64,000 nt of DNA, taken from the NCBI RefSeq assembly GCF_001194135.2, contig NC_068981.1, positions 90,587,087-90,651,086 of the forward strand, given 5' to 3'. Position 1 is the first letter of the stretch. Every line of letters starts with the position of its first letter. This document shows, in pieces, positions 24,119-36,092 of this stretch. The position numbers and the translations under genes were made by a program. The stretch is from Octopus bimaculoides. Taxonomy: Eukaryota. A model generated the notes under the pieces. The model saw only the letters and a list, made by a program, of their open reading frames with translations. It was not told the DNA's origin and searched no databases.

Positions 24119-24158
<40 letters not shown>

Positions 24159-24545
24159 NNNNNNNNNNGTATATATATATATATATTTACTGGTTGTTGT
24201 TGACTTACGACTGATCGACTCTATGATAATTGGTACACCAGCTCCTGGCAGCAATAATAAATTGTCCAGTTGAAATCTAATGTGTTTAATTTCTTAGAAA
24301 TTAACCCCTCTACAGATGATGTCAGCTAACAAATGCTTCCTCTAGATTTGGTTATCAATTGCCACTGTGTTTGATGACTATTCTGTCACGGAGACACCGA
24401 GGCAGTTTTATATTTTATAAGTCGACTGCTTGAGACTCCGAAATTTTTGACTAATGCCAATATAATAGTATAATACAGAATGTTGTGTCATCAACCTGTA
24501 TGCATATATATATATGTATGTATATATATATATATATATATATAT

Positions 24546-24602
24546 AGATAAAACTTACTTGGAAGAAGATGAGTGATGTTCAATCATATAATAATATAAA
24601 TA

Positions 24603-24635
<33 letters not shown>

Positions 24636-25357
24636 AGCAATGCTAAATCTCTGAACGAGGTGTTAACAGTAACTGCACGATAAAGTGAAGTATATTTGCC
24701 ATTTAAATGTGGCTGACCCCTAAGGGTGGATGTTACTGTTGCTTTTAGCCCCAGGAGAACATCTCCTCCAGCTGGCTTATCGCATGCGTAGACACATACA
24801 ATAGGAATACATAATACAAAATGGCTGATAGTTAGCAAGGTGAGACACACATAAGAAAGAAGGAAACAAAGGACCACTGATGAGGTCACANNNNNNNNNN
24901 NNNNNNNNNNNNNNNNNNNNNNNNNNNNNNNNNNNNNNNNNNNNNNNNNNNNNNNNNNNNNNNNNNNNNNNNNNNNNNNNNNNNNNNNNNNNNNNNNNNN
25001 NNNNNNNNNNNNNNNNNNNNNNNNNNNNNNNNNNNNNNNNNNNNNNNNNNNNNNNNNNNNNNNNNNNNNNNNNNNNNNNNNNNNNNNNNNNNNNNNNNNN
25101 NNNNNNNNNNNNNNNNNNNNNNNNNNNNNNNNNNNNNNNNNNNNNNNNNNNNNNNNNNNNNNNNNNNNNNNNNNNNNNNNNNNNNNNNNNNNNNNNNNNN
25201 NNNNNNNNNNNNNNNNNNNNNNNNNNNNNNNNNNNNNNNNNNNNNNNNNNNNNNNNNNNNNNNNNNNNNNNNNNNNNNNNNNNNNNNNNNNNNNNNNNNN
25301 NNNNNNNNNNNNNNNNNNNNNNNNNNNNNNNNNNNNNNNNNNNNNNNNNNNNNNNNN

Positions 25358-25400
<43 letters not shown>

Positions 25401-26060
25401 TATGTGGGCACAGGATGTCACAAAACGTGTACAACAAAAAAATACAAAGCACAAGTACATGGAACATGAGCTGTTCTTTCGAACAATGACAGACACAAAT
25501 GGAAAACAAAGCAAACAACATAAGTTGTTGGCTGTTTTTCTACTCTCCTATTTCAAGTATTTAACAACAATATATGCTTTCGATAAAACACCTGCTCCCG
25601 CAAAGCAAATTAAATAAAATTTGGGATTTTGCTGGGGGTCAAAATTGGTAACACAAACAAGACAGTGAAAACAAGCAGGAAGGGCTGCTAAGCCCAAAAC
25701 GAAGTTGTGGTGGTGAATGCGTAAACCAGGCTAGGACAGGAGACAAACAAGAACATGTCTTCCTTGTTCCAGCTACAATGGAGAGAAAGAAAGAACAATG
25801 GCCGATGGTCATGTGGGAGCCACATGAGCATGAGATGAGGAGTGAGGGAGAGAGACTGACAAAGTAATAGGATAGAATAGTGGGAGAAGAGGAGGTAAAA
25901 GAATAAGAGACAGAAAAAGAGAGAAAAACGAAAGTGTAAAAAGATCATATAGAGTGTGTATCAGAATTATTAAGATAAAGCTTACTCGGAAGAGGATGCG
26001 TGGTGTTCAATCGTATAATAATATAAATAATATATATATACATGTATATATATATATATA
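24546..26060 (+). mobile_element. Penelope-like element remnant bounded by ~70-bp direct repeats, with a hammerhead core
   Basis: Direct repeats at about 24546-24620 and 25973-26050. 24640-24723 resembles a frameshifted PLE ORF C-terminus (reconstructed as NEVL..CT.KVKYICHLNVADP*). ACCA-CTGATGAG-GTCAC occurs at 24873-24889, immediately before a gap. Confidence 0.55.
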
Positions 26061-26393
26061 TNNNNNNNNNNGGGTTGGACGGTTTAACCAGGGTCTGGGA
26101 AGCCAGGAGGCTGCATCAGGCTCCAGTCTGATCTGGCAGTGTTTCTACAGCTGGATGCACTTCCTAACGCCAACAACTCCATGAGTGTAGTTGGTGCTTT
26201 TTATGTGCCACCGGCACGGGTATCACAACTACAATTTCCATTTGATTTTTATTTTGATGTTGATGTACTTTACTCAATAAGTCTCCCCAAGCACAGCAGG
26301 TCGCCCGACGATCCAAGTTAAGCACAGCAGGTCGTCCCACTTTTCAAGGTACTTTTGAATGGGCTGGGTCTGGTTATGCGAAACTGGTGTAGG

Positions 26394-26426
<33 letters not shown>

Positions 26427-26457
26427 CCTATCTCTATTGCTTTCTCTCTCTCTCCCT

Positions 26458-26489
<32 letters not shown>

Positions 26490-27307
26490 TTCTATCTACC
26501 GATATTTCTGTCTGTCTATCTATCTATCTACCTATCTATTTATTTATTTACCTATCTAGCTATATCTTTCACACACACACACACACACTCTCTTTCCATA
26601 TTTATATATAAAGCCACCTATGTATCATACATAATGTAGATACGTCATTGATAGGCCAGTTACTGTGGTATTCATCCTGAGGTAACATCTGTCACAGATG
26701 TGCCCTGCTGAGAATCCAATGGATATAGGTGGGAGATAAAAAATCATCCCAAGCAATGAATTCTCATCCAGGTGTGTGACTAGTGATGAGTACATGTCAT
26801 CGAAAAGGCCCAAAATGTCTGAAATGCATCTAGCATTCTTGTTGGCCACTGCTGGAGTGATGATTTTGTTTACCTTGCAATGCAAATTCATAAAAGTTAT
26901 TTTCCCTTTAAAAAAAACAAAAACAAATCAAGTACCTGTGATTCAAAAATATCTTATAGAAATATAGGGAGAATTTCTATCTTTCAAGTCCATGTCACTC
27001 CAAAGGTTGTATAAATGATTAAAGGAGGAAAAAAGATAGTAAGAAAAAAGGACAAATGGTGGTAGCATCAATGACTCTTTAAAGTCTTTTTACTCTTTTA
27101 CTCTTTTACTTGTTTCAGTCATTTGACTGTGGCCATGCTGGAGCACCACCTTTAGTCGAGCAAGTTGACCCCAGGACTTATTCTTTGTAAGCCTAGTACT
27201 TATTCTATCAATCTCTTTTGCCGAACCACTAAGTTACGGGGACGTAAACACATCAACATCGGTTGTCAAGCGATGTTGGGGGGACAAACACAGACATACA
27301 AACACAC

Positions 27308-27341
<34 letters not shown>

Positions 27342-27640
27342 ACATATACATATATATACATATATACGACGGGCTTCTTTCAGTTTCCATCTACCAAATC
27401 CACTCACAAGGCTTTGGTCGACCCGAGGCTATAGTAGAAGACACTTGCCCAAGGTGCCACGAAGTGGGACTGAACCCGGAACTATGTGGTTGGAAAGCAA
27501 GCTACTTACCACACAGCCACTCCTGCTGTTGACATTTTGAACTTGATTTTTTTTTCCTTAAAGGAGAAAATGACTATTTTATCTTAATCAAATTTCAGGA
27601 AAACTGACAAACTTTGAGTTTTAGTATAATATAGATATGT

Positions 27641-27671
<31 letters not shown>

Positions 27672-27675
27672 TATA

Positions 27676-28826
27676 CAGGGTGTTTGGACTAAATTTGACA
27701 ATTTGCATAAATGGAAAAGAAAACACATCCCATTCAAAAGTAAAAATATTTTACAAAATTAAAAATGTCATCTAGATTAATACTGGTAGATAACAGTTTA
27801 CTCAAATTACTCAGCCTCAGCTTCCACCATGGCAATTCTGGAACCTGGTGCCTGTGTTCCTCACTTTGTCTCTGGGAAGATCTTCAAACCACATTCTTGA
27901 TCTTGGCCATCAGCTCAGCCTTGATGTTGCAAGCAGAGCAGTTGGTGTCTTTCTCAGCAGAGTCACACACAGTAATCTATGAGATTACAATTAAGGGAAT
28001 CAGGAGGTTAGAAATTAGGGCTGGTGAAGTTGTAGAAATTCTCCAACAAGCACTTCTGACTCTTTCCAGATGCATGGCAAGAAAGTGAGTCCTTCTGCCA
28101 CACATATGGCTTTCCTGCAGCATCCTTCTCCAGCGAGGGTTTGATTACAGTCTCCAGCAACTTCACATAACCATCTAAATTTAGCTTAAAGCCCTGTTCT
28201 AAGGTGTGGGGTGGCATGATGTCATCCTCATTGGAGGCACACTCAAAAAACCATCACAGTTTGGGGAACTTGGTTTTCCTGATGTCCATGTCACATCTTA
28301 GAACCTGGAAGTGCATGGCTTAGTGGTTAGGGTGTTGGACTCATGAGTGTAAGATTGTGGTTTTGGTTCCTGGATTGGGAGACACGTATTTTTGAGCAAA
28401 AGGCTTCATTTCACATTGCTTCAGTCCACTCATCTGGCAAAAATGAGTGATTCTGTGATGGACTGGCATCCTGTCTAGGTGGGGAATTTATGCACCATAG
28501 AAACCGGGAAACCAGCCCTTAGGAGTCAGCATGATTCGAGAAGGTAATTTTACCTTTTTACTTACAGCCTTTACAATGTTCAGAGAACATTGAACAGCAG
28601 TCATGATGTCAGCATTTTGATAGCCGGTATGAATCATCATGATACAGGTAACTATTTTTCAATATTTAGATGGCTTCCTCTCTTCCATGTCAGCTAACTT
28701 TTCCTCGATTACAACTTTAATTTTTATGCTCCCCAGTGCCATTGCCTGTTTACCAACACATCAAACTGTTCCTAAAAAAAGGGAGACATAAAAAAAGAAA
28801 TCATCAAATTTAGCTTGAACATCTTG
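27676..28826 (-). mobile_element. Tc1/mariner-superfamily (maT/DD37D-like) element, decayed, with a SINE insertion
   Basis: TA|cagggtgtttggactaaatttga ... tcaaatttagcttgaacatcttg|TA imperfect TIRs. Minus ORF YVKLLETVIKP...PYVWQKDSLSCHASGKSQKCLLENFYNFTSPNF is a decayed WQQDSAPxH catalytic region. Confidence 0.8.
28312..28548 (+). mobile_element. tRNA-derived SINE with CORE-like and V-domain-like segments, nested in the maT-like element
   Basis: Head gcatggcttagtggttagggtgttggactc, CORE-like ttgagcaaaag..., and ctgtgatggactggcatcctgtctagg, which resembles the V-SINE domain from recollection. Confidence 0.55.
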
Positions 28827-29889
28827 TATATATGCAGTTTTTAATAAGGCAAAAAAACAAAAAAAAAAAAAAGGATTTATAACTGGGTGTGGAGCAGTAG
28901 TTACCAAATAAATTTCAGAATGCAACACTTACATGATTTTCCCAAAATTGCAGTACCCATGCCTATATCTTATTGTCAAAGTACACTAGTCTAAGACATT
29001 AAATGTAAAAAAAAAAAAAAAAAAAAAAAATTAATGCAGATTTGTTTAGAAAAATGATATATTTTATTATTTTGAAAAGAGTGAATAATAATTTTGTATG
29101 GAATAAATTTTAATTGAACTTTATTTAGAGATGCTTTAACTTACGAAATACCAGTTTTCTTGTTTTGTTTTTTCCCACAGAACTCATTCTGCGAATCACT
29201 GAGGTTAAAGTATAATTATATTTACTTGGCCTTTACTTTACATCCTCGTTTACAATTCCACAAATGCTTGATCCATTAAGTTGAAATATTACAATAGAAA
29301 TATTCTAATTTAATATGGCATCCGAGTTAAGCTGTTTCAGTAGATAACATGTGAGTCACATGCAGAGGGTTGTGTTTCACTACCAAAGATTTCAGGAAAA
29401 TATTCAGAAGCTCATATTCTTCATAAAAGGAAATAATTGCACATCACTTAACACTGGTTTCAAATTTTGGCACAAGGCCAGCAGGTTCAGAGGAGCAGGT
29501 AAATCAATTACAGCACTCAACTGGTACTTATTTTATCGACCCTGAAAGGATGAAAAGCAAAGTGGACCCTGAGCAGAATTTGAACTCAGAATGTAAAGCT
29601 AGACGAAATACCATGAAGCAGTTTGGACATCACTTAACATTGAGCCAGTAAAAATAGTTGAAAGAAAACCCTGTTTAAAATATGTTATTGTTGTAGGCAT
29701 TACTGATTGGCTAAGTAACACAATGACAAGCAGAATTATTATAAGATAATAATCCTTTCTATTATAGGCACAATGCCTGAAATTTGTGGGGAAGGGGTAA
29801 GACAATTTCATTGACCCCAGTGATCAACTGGTACTTATTTCATCGATCCCCAAAAGGAGACTCAATTAATAATAATGATGATGATAATG

Positions 29890-29927
<38 letters not shown>

Positions 29928-30402
29928 TTTTTTTGCTATAGGCACAAGGCCTGAAATTTAGGTGGGGAGGGGGTAAGTCGATTACATCGACCACAGTACT
30001 CAACTGGTACTTAAATTATCGACCCTGAAAAGATGAAAGTCAAAGTTGACCTCGGCAGAATTTGAACTCAGAACGTAAGGAAGGATGAAATGTTACTAAG
30101 CATTTTGTCCAGTGTACTAATGATTCTGCCAGCTCGCTGCCTTACATTCTGAGTTCAAATTCCACTGAAATTGACTTTACATTTCATCCTTTCAGGGTTG
30201 ATAAATCAAGTACCAGTGAAACACTGGGGTTGATGTAATCAACTAGTCACCTTCCTCCCAAATTTCAGCAAACCAAAGCACATACCCAAGGCACACAGAG
30301 CTGTTCTATCAGAGTATTTTGCTATAGTCCCAAGTTACAGAGATATTAGGAAACTAACACTGGTGGTCAGGCAATGGTGGGGAATAAACGCACACACACA
30401 CG

Positions 30403-30585
30403 TCAAAAGCTTGGCATAGCATACCAACATCCCACTTTGAAGGCTACTCCTATGCTATCCAAGAACAAGAGATCCCTGCCAAGTACCTACAGCATAAAAG
30501 GCAGAAAACATTGACAGACGATAAATGTAGGCTGTACAAGACCAAGATTGAAGACATCAACAACATTATTGCCAACTATGTTTGA
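30403..30585 (+). mobile_element. Non-LTR retrotransposon (RLE-type, R4/Dong-like) zinc-knuckle region fragment
   Basis: SHFEGYSYAIQEQEIPAKYLQHKRQKTLTDDKCRLYKTKIEDINNIIANYV* has the AIQEQ motif plus a decayed CRLCxxxxExIxHIIxxC CCHC knuckle. Confidence 0.7.
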
Positions 30586-30977
30586 AGTCTATGTAGTCAT
30601 CTGACGAGAACGGTTTCTTTCAAATGATGTAATGTTTTCATTAATCAGTTAAAGTAGTCGCTTGAAACAGCCATAATGAATTGTCACCTGGGCATCCTTG
30701 TTATTTATATTTCATTCACCTAACTTGGAATCCGCACTTTGGAAATACTGTAGAAAGTACGTGTCTGAATTACCAAGAGTGGATATCTTCATTTAGCTAA
30801 GTTGCATTGTCTGCACACACAGCAGGAATATCAGGTACAAACACACCAGCACGAAGTCTTGATGTTCAATATTCAATTAATATTGTTTGGGTGTGTGGAT
30901 TATACTGACCTAGCAAGGTGCCTCAATTTAAGTACCTAATTCAATGGGATCTATATATATATATACACACACATATA

Positions 30978-31375
30978 TGACAGGCTTCTTTCAATTTCTT
31001 ATTTCTTTATTGCCCACGAGGGGCTAAACATAGAGGGGACAAACAAGGACAGACAAAGGGATTAAGTCTATTACATCGAACCCCAGTGCATAACTGATAC
31101 TTAATTTATTGACCCCGAAAGGATGAAAGGCAAAGCCGACCTCGGCGGAATTTGAACTCAAAACGTAATGGCAGATGAAATACCACTAAACATTTTGCCT
31201 GGTGCGCTAACGTTTCTGCCAGCTCGCCGCCTTTCAGTTTCTGTCTACCAGATTCACTCACAAGGCTTTTGGGTGGCCTAGGGCTTTAATAGAAGACACT
31301 TAACTAAGATGCCACATAGTTGGATTGAACCCAGAACCATGTGGTTGGGAAGCAGACTTCTTACTACACGGCCAA
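30978..31375 (-). mobile_element. MetaSINE-like copy (about 31005-31232) inserted inside a CORE-type SINE
   Basis: The host SINE is interrupted at tttca(a/g)tttc, which is duplicated on both sides of the insert. Confidence 0.75.
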
Positions 31376-32619
31376 GCTTATGTCTTATCCATATTTTGGT
31401 AATTTTAGTATAAGCATTATGAAATGTAATTTTTTTTATATTACTTTATGAATAATATTTAGTTAATCCAGAGGGATAGCAGTTGATTTAAGAGGGATCT
31501 GATTATCATTAGGAATTATGGAAGCTGAACAGCAGAAAGTCTTCAGTGAAGAAGGCTCCTACTACCCATGTCATGTAAGTGTTTCGGTCCTTGACCCCTT
31601 TACACTCGAGGGGGCGGGGAGGGGGTGAAGTTACATCCAGGCCATGACTCCTGGATACTCCTCTGCTGCTATATATTGTACTACTGTCTGCATTGCAACT
31701 CTCCCTTTCCTGGATGACTAAGGTGCCCCAGAGCCTAGATATCCTGAGTGTTGAGACCTGTTCAGTCTGAGATAACAGTTGACTATAGAGTAAATGGAAG
31801 GACACATCAAATAATGTAGTCTGAAAGTACACTACATCTAAAAAAAATGAAAATAGAAATGAAGGGTTGGTCATAGCTGGACTCAGATTTAAACAATAAC
31901 AACAACAATACCATCATACTTTAAAATAAGATCTAGTGATTTATTGCTATTTGTGTTACATTTTGATATTTTTAAAGCTGCTAATAATGAGAAATAGGTG
32001 TAATTACTTTGACCTAATTTGTCACTCGTTTTATAGAAGTGATAATGAGTAATTAAATGTGCCTATTCTGCATTTCTGTTTTGCCCACACCTCCACCTCT
32101 GCCACTGCCAGTTTTATCCATTTTCTTTTGGGAACATTAAGAAAACCATAAATGCCACACTTTAATGTCTCATGTTGTATTCATTCCTCCACAAAGATAT
32201 CCTATAATGTTATGCTTATCTTGACAAGAAAATGCGGAAGACAATCAAGTGTATTTTCCACAGTATACTAATAGCAAGCTCACTTGCTTTGCTGTGCAAA
32301 GGAAGCACCTATAGAATTGATTTTCTTCTGGCTGATCTGAAAATGGCAAATGAAGAGACACATGAAAAACTTTGCACTGCATAGATCTATGAATGTGGTT
32401 AGTTGACTGTGACTTTTGGAGTAACAGCAGAGTGAAATGTCATCTTTCAATAAGAAAATTAACATCCCAGTATTGTCATATGTATTATGTAATTACTATA
32501 TTTCATATATTTGACACAGTTTAATGCAAGGAAATAAATAAATTACGTATGATGAATGATGTAATAGAAGTAATGTAACCCAGAAATAACACATCATATA
32601 TTTGCTTAATTACTCACTG

Positions 32620-32691
32620 ATCAGAGTGGCACAGTTGAAGTGTGCTGGGCCTATAACCCAGAAGTCCATAGATCAAAAGTAAGCTCTGTGA
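32620..32691 (+). pseudogene. Initiator tRNA-Met pseudogene
   Basis: atcagagtggcacagttgaagtgtgctgggcctataacccagaagtccatagatcaaaagtaagctctgtga is colinear over 72 nt with metazoan tRNA-iMet (AGCAGAGTGGCGCAG.GGAAGCGTGCTGGGCCCATAACCCAGAGGTCC...GATCGAAAC...CTCTGCTA). The anticodon is mutated CAT>TAT. Confidence 0.85.
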
Positions 32692-33081
32692 AGAAACAGA
32701 GGCTATTTTTTATATTTATCCATCGCAACTAAGTTATCTACAAAACATACCAGCTATAAACTTGTGTATATATCTATAAGAGTAAGTAAAAATTATATTA
32801 TGCTATAGAAATTTATGCAAGGTCTAGGGATCACTAGCTGACTAGAATACACCAAAACCCAAGTAACACATTGGGTAGAGACAGTGACAGTAACAACAAC
32901 AGGACTTTTCACTTAGTATCACAAGGTGACAATAAACTACTTTCTGATTCAGTGGAACAGTATCAGGAAGCAGGTGAAATATATCATTGAAAGAGTTTGA
33001 TGCTTCATAATTTATAACACTATTACAAAATAAAACAAAAATGAATATAATGATATATATGTGTTTTAATTGACTATTTTT

Positions 33082-33405
33082 GTTGAGGTGCAATGGCCCA
33101 GTGGTTAGGGCAGCGGACTCGCGGTTTCGATTCCCAGACTGGGTGTTGTGAGTGTTTATTGAGCGAAAACACCTAAAGCTCCATGAGGCTCTGGCAGGGG
33201 ATGGTGGCGAACCCTGCTGTACTCTTTCACCACAACTTTCTCTTACTTCCTGTTTCTGTTGTCACGCTGAATATCCCCGAGAACTACTTTAAGGGTACAC
33301 GTGTCTGTGGAGTGCTCAGTCACTTGCACGTTAATTTCATGAGCAGGCTGTTCTGTTGATTGGATCAACTGGAACCCTCGACATCGTAAGCAACGGAGTG
33401 CCAAC
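33082..33405 (+). mobile_element. tRNA-derived SINE (same family as 3212-3586)
   Basis: Matches the other copies, with internal deletions. Confidence 0.88.
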
Positions 33406-33409
33406 ACAC

Positions 33410-34040
33410 ACATCTGTTGAAACACCTGTTTCAGTTTCAATATATGACCACATCAAATCACTTGCCAAATGCATCCAAAAATTAGTCAGAAATGAATATA
33501 TAAAACCACAGATGAGGCCCACAATGGAGCACAAATGTGGGAACAAAATTTGCTTAGGTGGTGCAAACCCAGATCCAATGAAGATTTTCAAGAGGATGTT
33601 CAAAGTATTTTCATTGCTCCCACCAAAAAAATTTTGTGGGGTTGTGCTTGCACCCCCAGCACCCTCTGTTCCCAAGCCTGTGCGATGGAGAATTGCTGTC
33701 ATGTCTGGACCAGCGCTGTTCCTGCAAACATGCATCTAGAATATATCCAGAGAAATGCCATATGATTGAGTGACAAAATCACTGAGAGAGAAGTGTCAAG
33801 CCCTGATCCATAAGTGTGTTGTTTTTTCTCTCTGCCCTCTATGTTGCAGCTATATGGTTTCTGATTCACTTGTCTCTCCTCCTTCGCCATTGCTCATTCT
33901 GTGTTTGCCACCCTGAGGATCTAAACTAACTGCAATGTTCATTCCTTCTTCCCCAGAACGCTGGAACTCTGAAATTTCCTCCAAGCTGATGCCTTTTCTT
34001 CAGATATAAATTGCAACAGCTTGAACAAAACATAACTCAT
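33410..34040 (+). mobile_element. CR1/L2-group LINE 3' fragment
   Basis: DHIKSLAKCIQKLVRNEYIKPQMRPTME | NCCHVWTSAVPANMHLEYIQRNAI resembles the decayed KxQIRPxMEYCCHVW motif. PRTLELxNFLQADAF at about 33950 resembles PRTxxLWNSLP. Confidence 0.7.
33530..33682. mobile_element. hAT-type MITE (153 bp) with 8-bp TSD inserted in the LINE
   Basis: Imperfect TIR cacaaatgtgggaaca / tgttcccaagcctgtg; flanks caatggag (33522-33529) and cgatggag (33683-33690). Confidence 0.75.
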
Positions 34041-34929
34041 ACCTGTTACCTTTTATCCGTTCACAGATATCATTTACTAAATTCTAACTTACAAAGTACT
34101 GGTTAATCTGAGGTTATAGTAGAAAACATTTGCCTAAGGTGTTATGCAATGAGATTGAACCCAGAGCCACACAGCTGGCTTCTATCTAACTGAAAATTAA
34201 TTCCTTATCTACTTAAGAATACGAAAATAGAGTTAAGCACCAACCCTGATGCATTTCTTAGAGTTATTCTAAGTATAGCTTTCATCTATCAAATTTCACT
34301 CATCATGGTATCAACTAGACCAGAGGGTCTCAACCATTTTTTTAATCTATGGACCCCTATTTTATTATGGTGGATCCCATAGCCATTCATCATCGTTTAA
34401 CGTCCGCTTTCCATGCTAGCATGGGTTGGACGATATGACTGAGGACTGGTGAACCAGATGGCTACACCAGGCTCCAATCTGATTTGGCAGAGTTTCTACA
34501 GCTGGATGCCCTTCCTAACGCCAACCATATATANNNNNNNNNNNNNNNNNNNNNNNNNNNNNNNNNNNNNNNNNNNNNNNNNNNNNNNNNNNNNNNNNNN
34601 NNNNNNNNNNNNNNNNNNNNNNNNNNNNNNNNNNNNNNNNNNNNNNNNNNNNNNNNNNNNNNNNNNNNNNNNNNNNNNNNNNNNNNNNNNNNNNNNNNNN
34701 NNNNNNNNNNNNNNNNNNNNNNNNNNNATAACTGTGGCTTAGTTCCTGTTTTTAAGGCAAGAACTCCTTGAAATTTTGGGTATTTGAGTATATTTAAGAA
34801 TTTAAGGAATGGAGAAAACGCATGTTATAATTGCATACTTTATTCCTACATATGTTTCAAAGGATTACAACCTGTGTGATCCATAGGGATCTTTGATATT
34901 AAAATTGTAACCTTCTCATCAGGGAAAGC

Positions 34930-34967
<38 letters not shown>

Positions 34968-34968
34968 G

Positions 34969-35003
<35 letters not shown>

Positions 35004-36005
35004 TCGCGTGCCTGTGTTTGTCCCCCACCATCACTTGACAACTAATGCTAGTGTGTTTATGTCCTGAAACTTAGTGGTTCGGCAAAAGTGACCAATAGAA
35101 TAAGTACTAGGCTTACAAAGAATAAGTCCTAGGGTCCGATTTCTTTTAGGAAAAAGAACCCTTTAAGGCGGTGCTCCAGCATGGTCGCATTCAAATGGCT
35201 GAAACATGTAAAAGAATAAAAGAACAAAGAACATGTATGCATGCACATCTCTCCCACTCACACATAAATATGCATACATATATCCCCATGCATATAGATA
35301 CATGCACTTCATATGCATAAAACATAGCTGTTTGTGTAGAAGTTGAACTCATAACTCTCTGGCAAATAGGTCAGCCTTTTAACTTCACAGCTATTCTGTC
35401 TCATTAAATAAGAGGAAAAAAAAAATGATAAAATAAGCTAAAAATATAAATATATATATAAAAAAAAATAAAGCAAAAAAGTAACCATTGACTAATGATA
35501 AAGTAGATCGTATGAGAAAAGGTTTAGTGGCGTCAGCTATCTGTGGTATGAAAAGTCAGTGTGATCTAAGACTAAATTGGTTGATGTTTAACCACCCACC
35601 TATGCTATGGGCCCTGATTTTGTACAAGTGGTTTATCACATTATGTATTTCATTGTGTCACATTTTAGTAGTTGACTGAATGCGACCAGGATAAAGTGTA
35701 AAAGATACTTGCAGGCCAACTTGTTAACTTGTAGTTGTCAATCAACCAAGACATGCATGTATTTGTGAAAGGTAGGTTGTGTGTGTGTGTGTATCAGTGT
35801 GCATATGTGTGTGTGTACACAAATACACACATGTAAATACACACACACACACACACAAGTACGTTTAAGTGTGTGTGTGTGCATGCAAACGCTTTTGGTG
35901 TTGTTATTCCCAGGTCTTAAATTCCATTTACAACACAATTCACAAATAAGAAGTACCTGAATAACTTCTGAAGCATTTTCAGACACACACACACACACAC
36001 ACATT

Positions 36006-36066
<61 letters not shown>

Positions 36067-36092
36067 TATTATATATATGTGTGTGCTGTGAG

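Noticed and set aside
30600-30625. CTGACGAG hammerhead core
   Set aside because: No stem II followed by GAAA.
31509-31874. 121-aa minus ORF, and a 62-nt plus-strand exon candidate at 31511-31572
   Set aside because: No recognisable homology; the plus-strand acceptor lacks a pyrimidine tract. Cannot be supported without transcripts.
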